From assembly GCF_009834535.1 (NCBI RefSeq), contig NC_045696.1:111850001-111914000 (forward strand): a stretch of 64,000 nucleotides of DNA, in the 5' to 3' direction. The position numbers and the translations under genes are program-made. Under the pieces are notes generated by a model. The model ran no database searches and was not told where the DNA came from. It worked only from the letters and a program-made list of their open reading frames with translations. The stretch is from Camelus ferus (taxonomy: Eukaryota). Below, one piece after another: positions 61,783-64,000 of the stretch. Position 1 is the stretch's first letter; each line of letters starts with the position of its first letter.

Positions 61783-62740
61783 GTTGGTTTAAAAGTTGCC
61801 ACATGTTAAAACTCGTATCTTTTTCAGAATGTCCTTTTGCTATTTGTTTCATGAGATTTGTTCCAAGATAGTACAAGTGAAAGTGATTGTACACCTGGAG
61901 AGGGGGAGGAGCGTTGTTTAATGGCACTTTGTGTGTGAAGCACGTTTTACATGATCTAATTTATGGTAACCGTCTTTTTGATTAGTTACTTTAACAGTGT
62001 TTTTAAATGCCATAAATATGGGAAGAGTAGAACACACACTGTAGTATTATGGGGTTAAGTCTTCCTATAAGGAGGAAGGAAATGATGAAACTTACAAGTA
62101 AGAGAGGTTAATCAATAGGATAATGGTTAATATTCATATATGATGGCATAATTTGGGATGCACAGAAAACTAGGAGGACTTGAATTGTAAAATGGCAGTT
62201 ATTAGGAAAGAACTAAATAATTGAAAAGGACGAGTTTCATATGCATCCAACTACTTGTCTCTTGTGTACTCTAATTGAAAGCATTGGTAGAGAAAATCTT
62301 CAACTGAGAAGCTGCCAAATGGTTTTAAGCAGAAATTTGTCAGTTTTTATGTTAAGAGAAGACTTGTGAATACCCATATTCCATGGATTTCTTCTTCCAT
62401 TGCCCAATTAAGTGGCATTATAATGTTTCACGTAGTTCTGCCTTTAAATCATTTTTTTCGTGAAATCTGGGTTAAAGTATAAAAAACATAATGGTGTAGT
62501 ATATTATATAATGACAGAAAAATTCAGACTGTCACTTAGCTATATTCTTTATTTGAATTTTAAGAAAAAAATTTTTACTATGATCATCCAAAGAATTACA
62601 TGTTATGTTTTATAAAACGCAGTTCTAAAATTTGAATGGAATTTTGCCTCTTATGTGTATTTATACATTTAAAAATCTGATTATATAAGTAGCTATATTT
62701 CATGAAATTGTTATAGCACTCTTTACTAACATTTATTTAG

Positions 62741-62851
62741 GATCAAGATGGTTCTCACATAAAAGGCCTACTTATTAATTTCATCCATCACAACTGGCCA
62801 TCACTTTTGAAGCATGGTTTCCTTGAAGAGTTCATTACTCCTATTGTAAAG
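62741..62851 (+). CDS. TOP2B: TOP2B exon 14 (DQDGSHIKGLLINF...FITPIVK)
   Basis: tttag|GAT ... AAG|gtacta; 111 nt; completes the TOPRIM DxD motif. Confidence 0.97.
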
Positions 62852-62932
62852 GTACTATTTACATCAATACATTTTTATATTGTTGTCTTAAAAAGTAACA
62901 GAAAAACTAATTTTTTTTATTCTTCATTTAAG

Positions 62933-63038
62933 GCTAGCAAAAATAAGCAGGAACTTTCCTTCTACAGTATTCCTGAATTTGATGAGTGGAAAAAACATAT
63001 AGAAAACCAGAAAGCCTGGAAAATAAAATACTACAAAG
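62933..63038 (+). CDS. TOP2B: TOP2B exon 15 (ASKNKQELSFYSIPEF...KIKYYK)
   Basis: ttaag|GCT ... AAAG|gtttgt; 106 nt. Confidence 0.97.
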
Positions 63039-63821
63039 GTTTGTATTCTAAAACACTTAAATTTTGTGAAGTTACTACTGACAAATTTATTTTTATGAGC
63101 ACATTATAAATATTTTCCAAGTTTGTCTCTTTTAGCCTTCAGAAATAGCCATTACTGGTTTTTAAAGAACTGTTATGGAAAATTTGATGTAAGTAGAGAG
63201 AGTCGTAGAAGGGGCTTCCCATGTACTTAAACAATCACCATTTCATGGCCAGTCTTGTTTCATCTAAACTCTTCTCTTCGCCATCCCATTAGTTTGAAAT
63301 AACTTCCAGGCATTAATTATTTCAATAATACTCTAGTACATATCACTAAAAGAATTTTTTTGCCTGTAATACCATTATCATACCTTCTTTAATAACCTTA
63401 AATATTCAATCCATGTTAAAATTCTCCTGATTGTATTAAAAATGTTTATTTCTGGTTGATAAGTCTCTTAAATATTAATATACTGTTTCTCTTTTCATAT
63501 TTTTCCCTTAGAATTTATTTATTCAAAAAGTTGGATTTTTTGTATAATTTCCCACATCCTGGGTTTTGCTAATTATCCCTACAGTTTCATTAAATATGAA
63601 GCATGTTCCTCTGCCCCTTGCTTTTTGTTAACTGGTAGTTAAATCAGAGGCTTGATCAGATCTGGATTAGGTATATATGACAAAAGCATTTAATAGGCGG
63701 CTTTGTTTGTCTTTTTTGTCTATTAAAATTGATCACTTGGTGTAGGTGTTGCCAGCTTGATCCATCAGCTCTTCAGCTAGTGATTTTAAACAGCCTTTGA
63801 TGTTTATGATTTACTTAAAAA

Positions 63822-64000
63822 ATTTTTCAGCTTTATTGAGGTATAGTCGACAAAATTGTATGTATTTAAGGTGTAAACATGATGGTATATGTATATATTG
63901 TGAAATGATTACCACAGTCAAGTTAACATCCATTATCTCAGTTACCTTTTTTTTATGGTGAGAACATTTAAGATCCACTGTCTTAGCAATTTTCAAGTAT
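63822..64000 (-). mobile_element. L1MA-like 3' end, runs off the window
   Basis: 'agctttattgaggtatag...tatttaaggtgtaaacatgatg...tgaaatgattaccacagtcaagttaac...gtgagaacatttaagatc'. Confidence 0.85.

Larger units (their letters stand above)
31280..63038 (+). other. TOP2B: TOP2B gene, coding span of exons 1-15 (3'-partial; gene continues past the window end)
   Basis: 15 exons splice by GT-AG into one frame. The translation carries type IIA topoisomerase motifs EILVNAADNK, NNGKGIP, GGRNGYGAK, QTK, TEGDSA, PLRGKILN and IMTDQDQDGSHI, plus the beta-type N-terminus (NGALTWV-TLFDQ-NNAA). Confidence 0.98.

Overview
Mammalian genomic DNA, most likely camelid, judging by a Vic-1-like tRNA-derived SINE and artiodactyl-type L1 3' ends. 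The first ~30 kb is repeat-rich intergenic sequence with no supported protein gene. It is followed by a CpG-island promoter (~30.0-31.65 kb) and the first 15 coding exons of TOP2B (DNA topoisomerase II beta) on the + strand. The ATG is at 31280; the exons total 1897 coding nt (632 codons + 1), with GT-AG introns in consistent phase. They cover the GHKL ATPase, transducer and TOPRIM domains, and the gene continues beyond the window. I see no previously undescribed multi-gene system. The most notable details are: a candidate retroposed non-TE polyadenylated RNA fragment with TSDs inside an MLT1 LTR; uORFs, one overlapping a miR-4442-like sequence; a stop-free in-frame 81-nt intron; a sense L1 poly(A) site in intron 7; two solo ERV LTRs with TSDs; and several micro-L1 insertions, some with candidate 3' transductions. 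Repeat family names and comparisons with human TOP2B come from recall, not from database searches.
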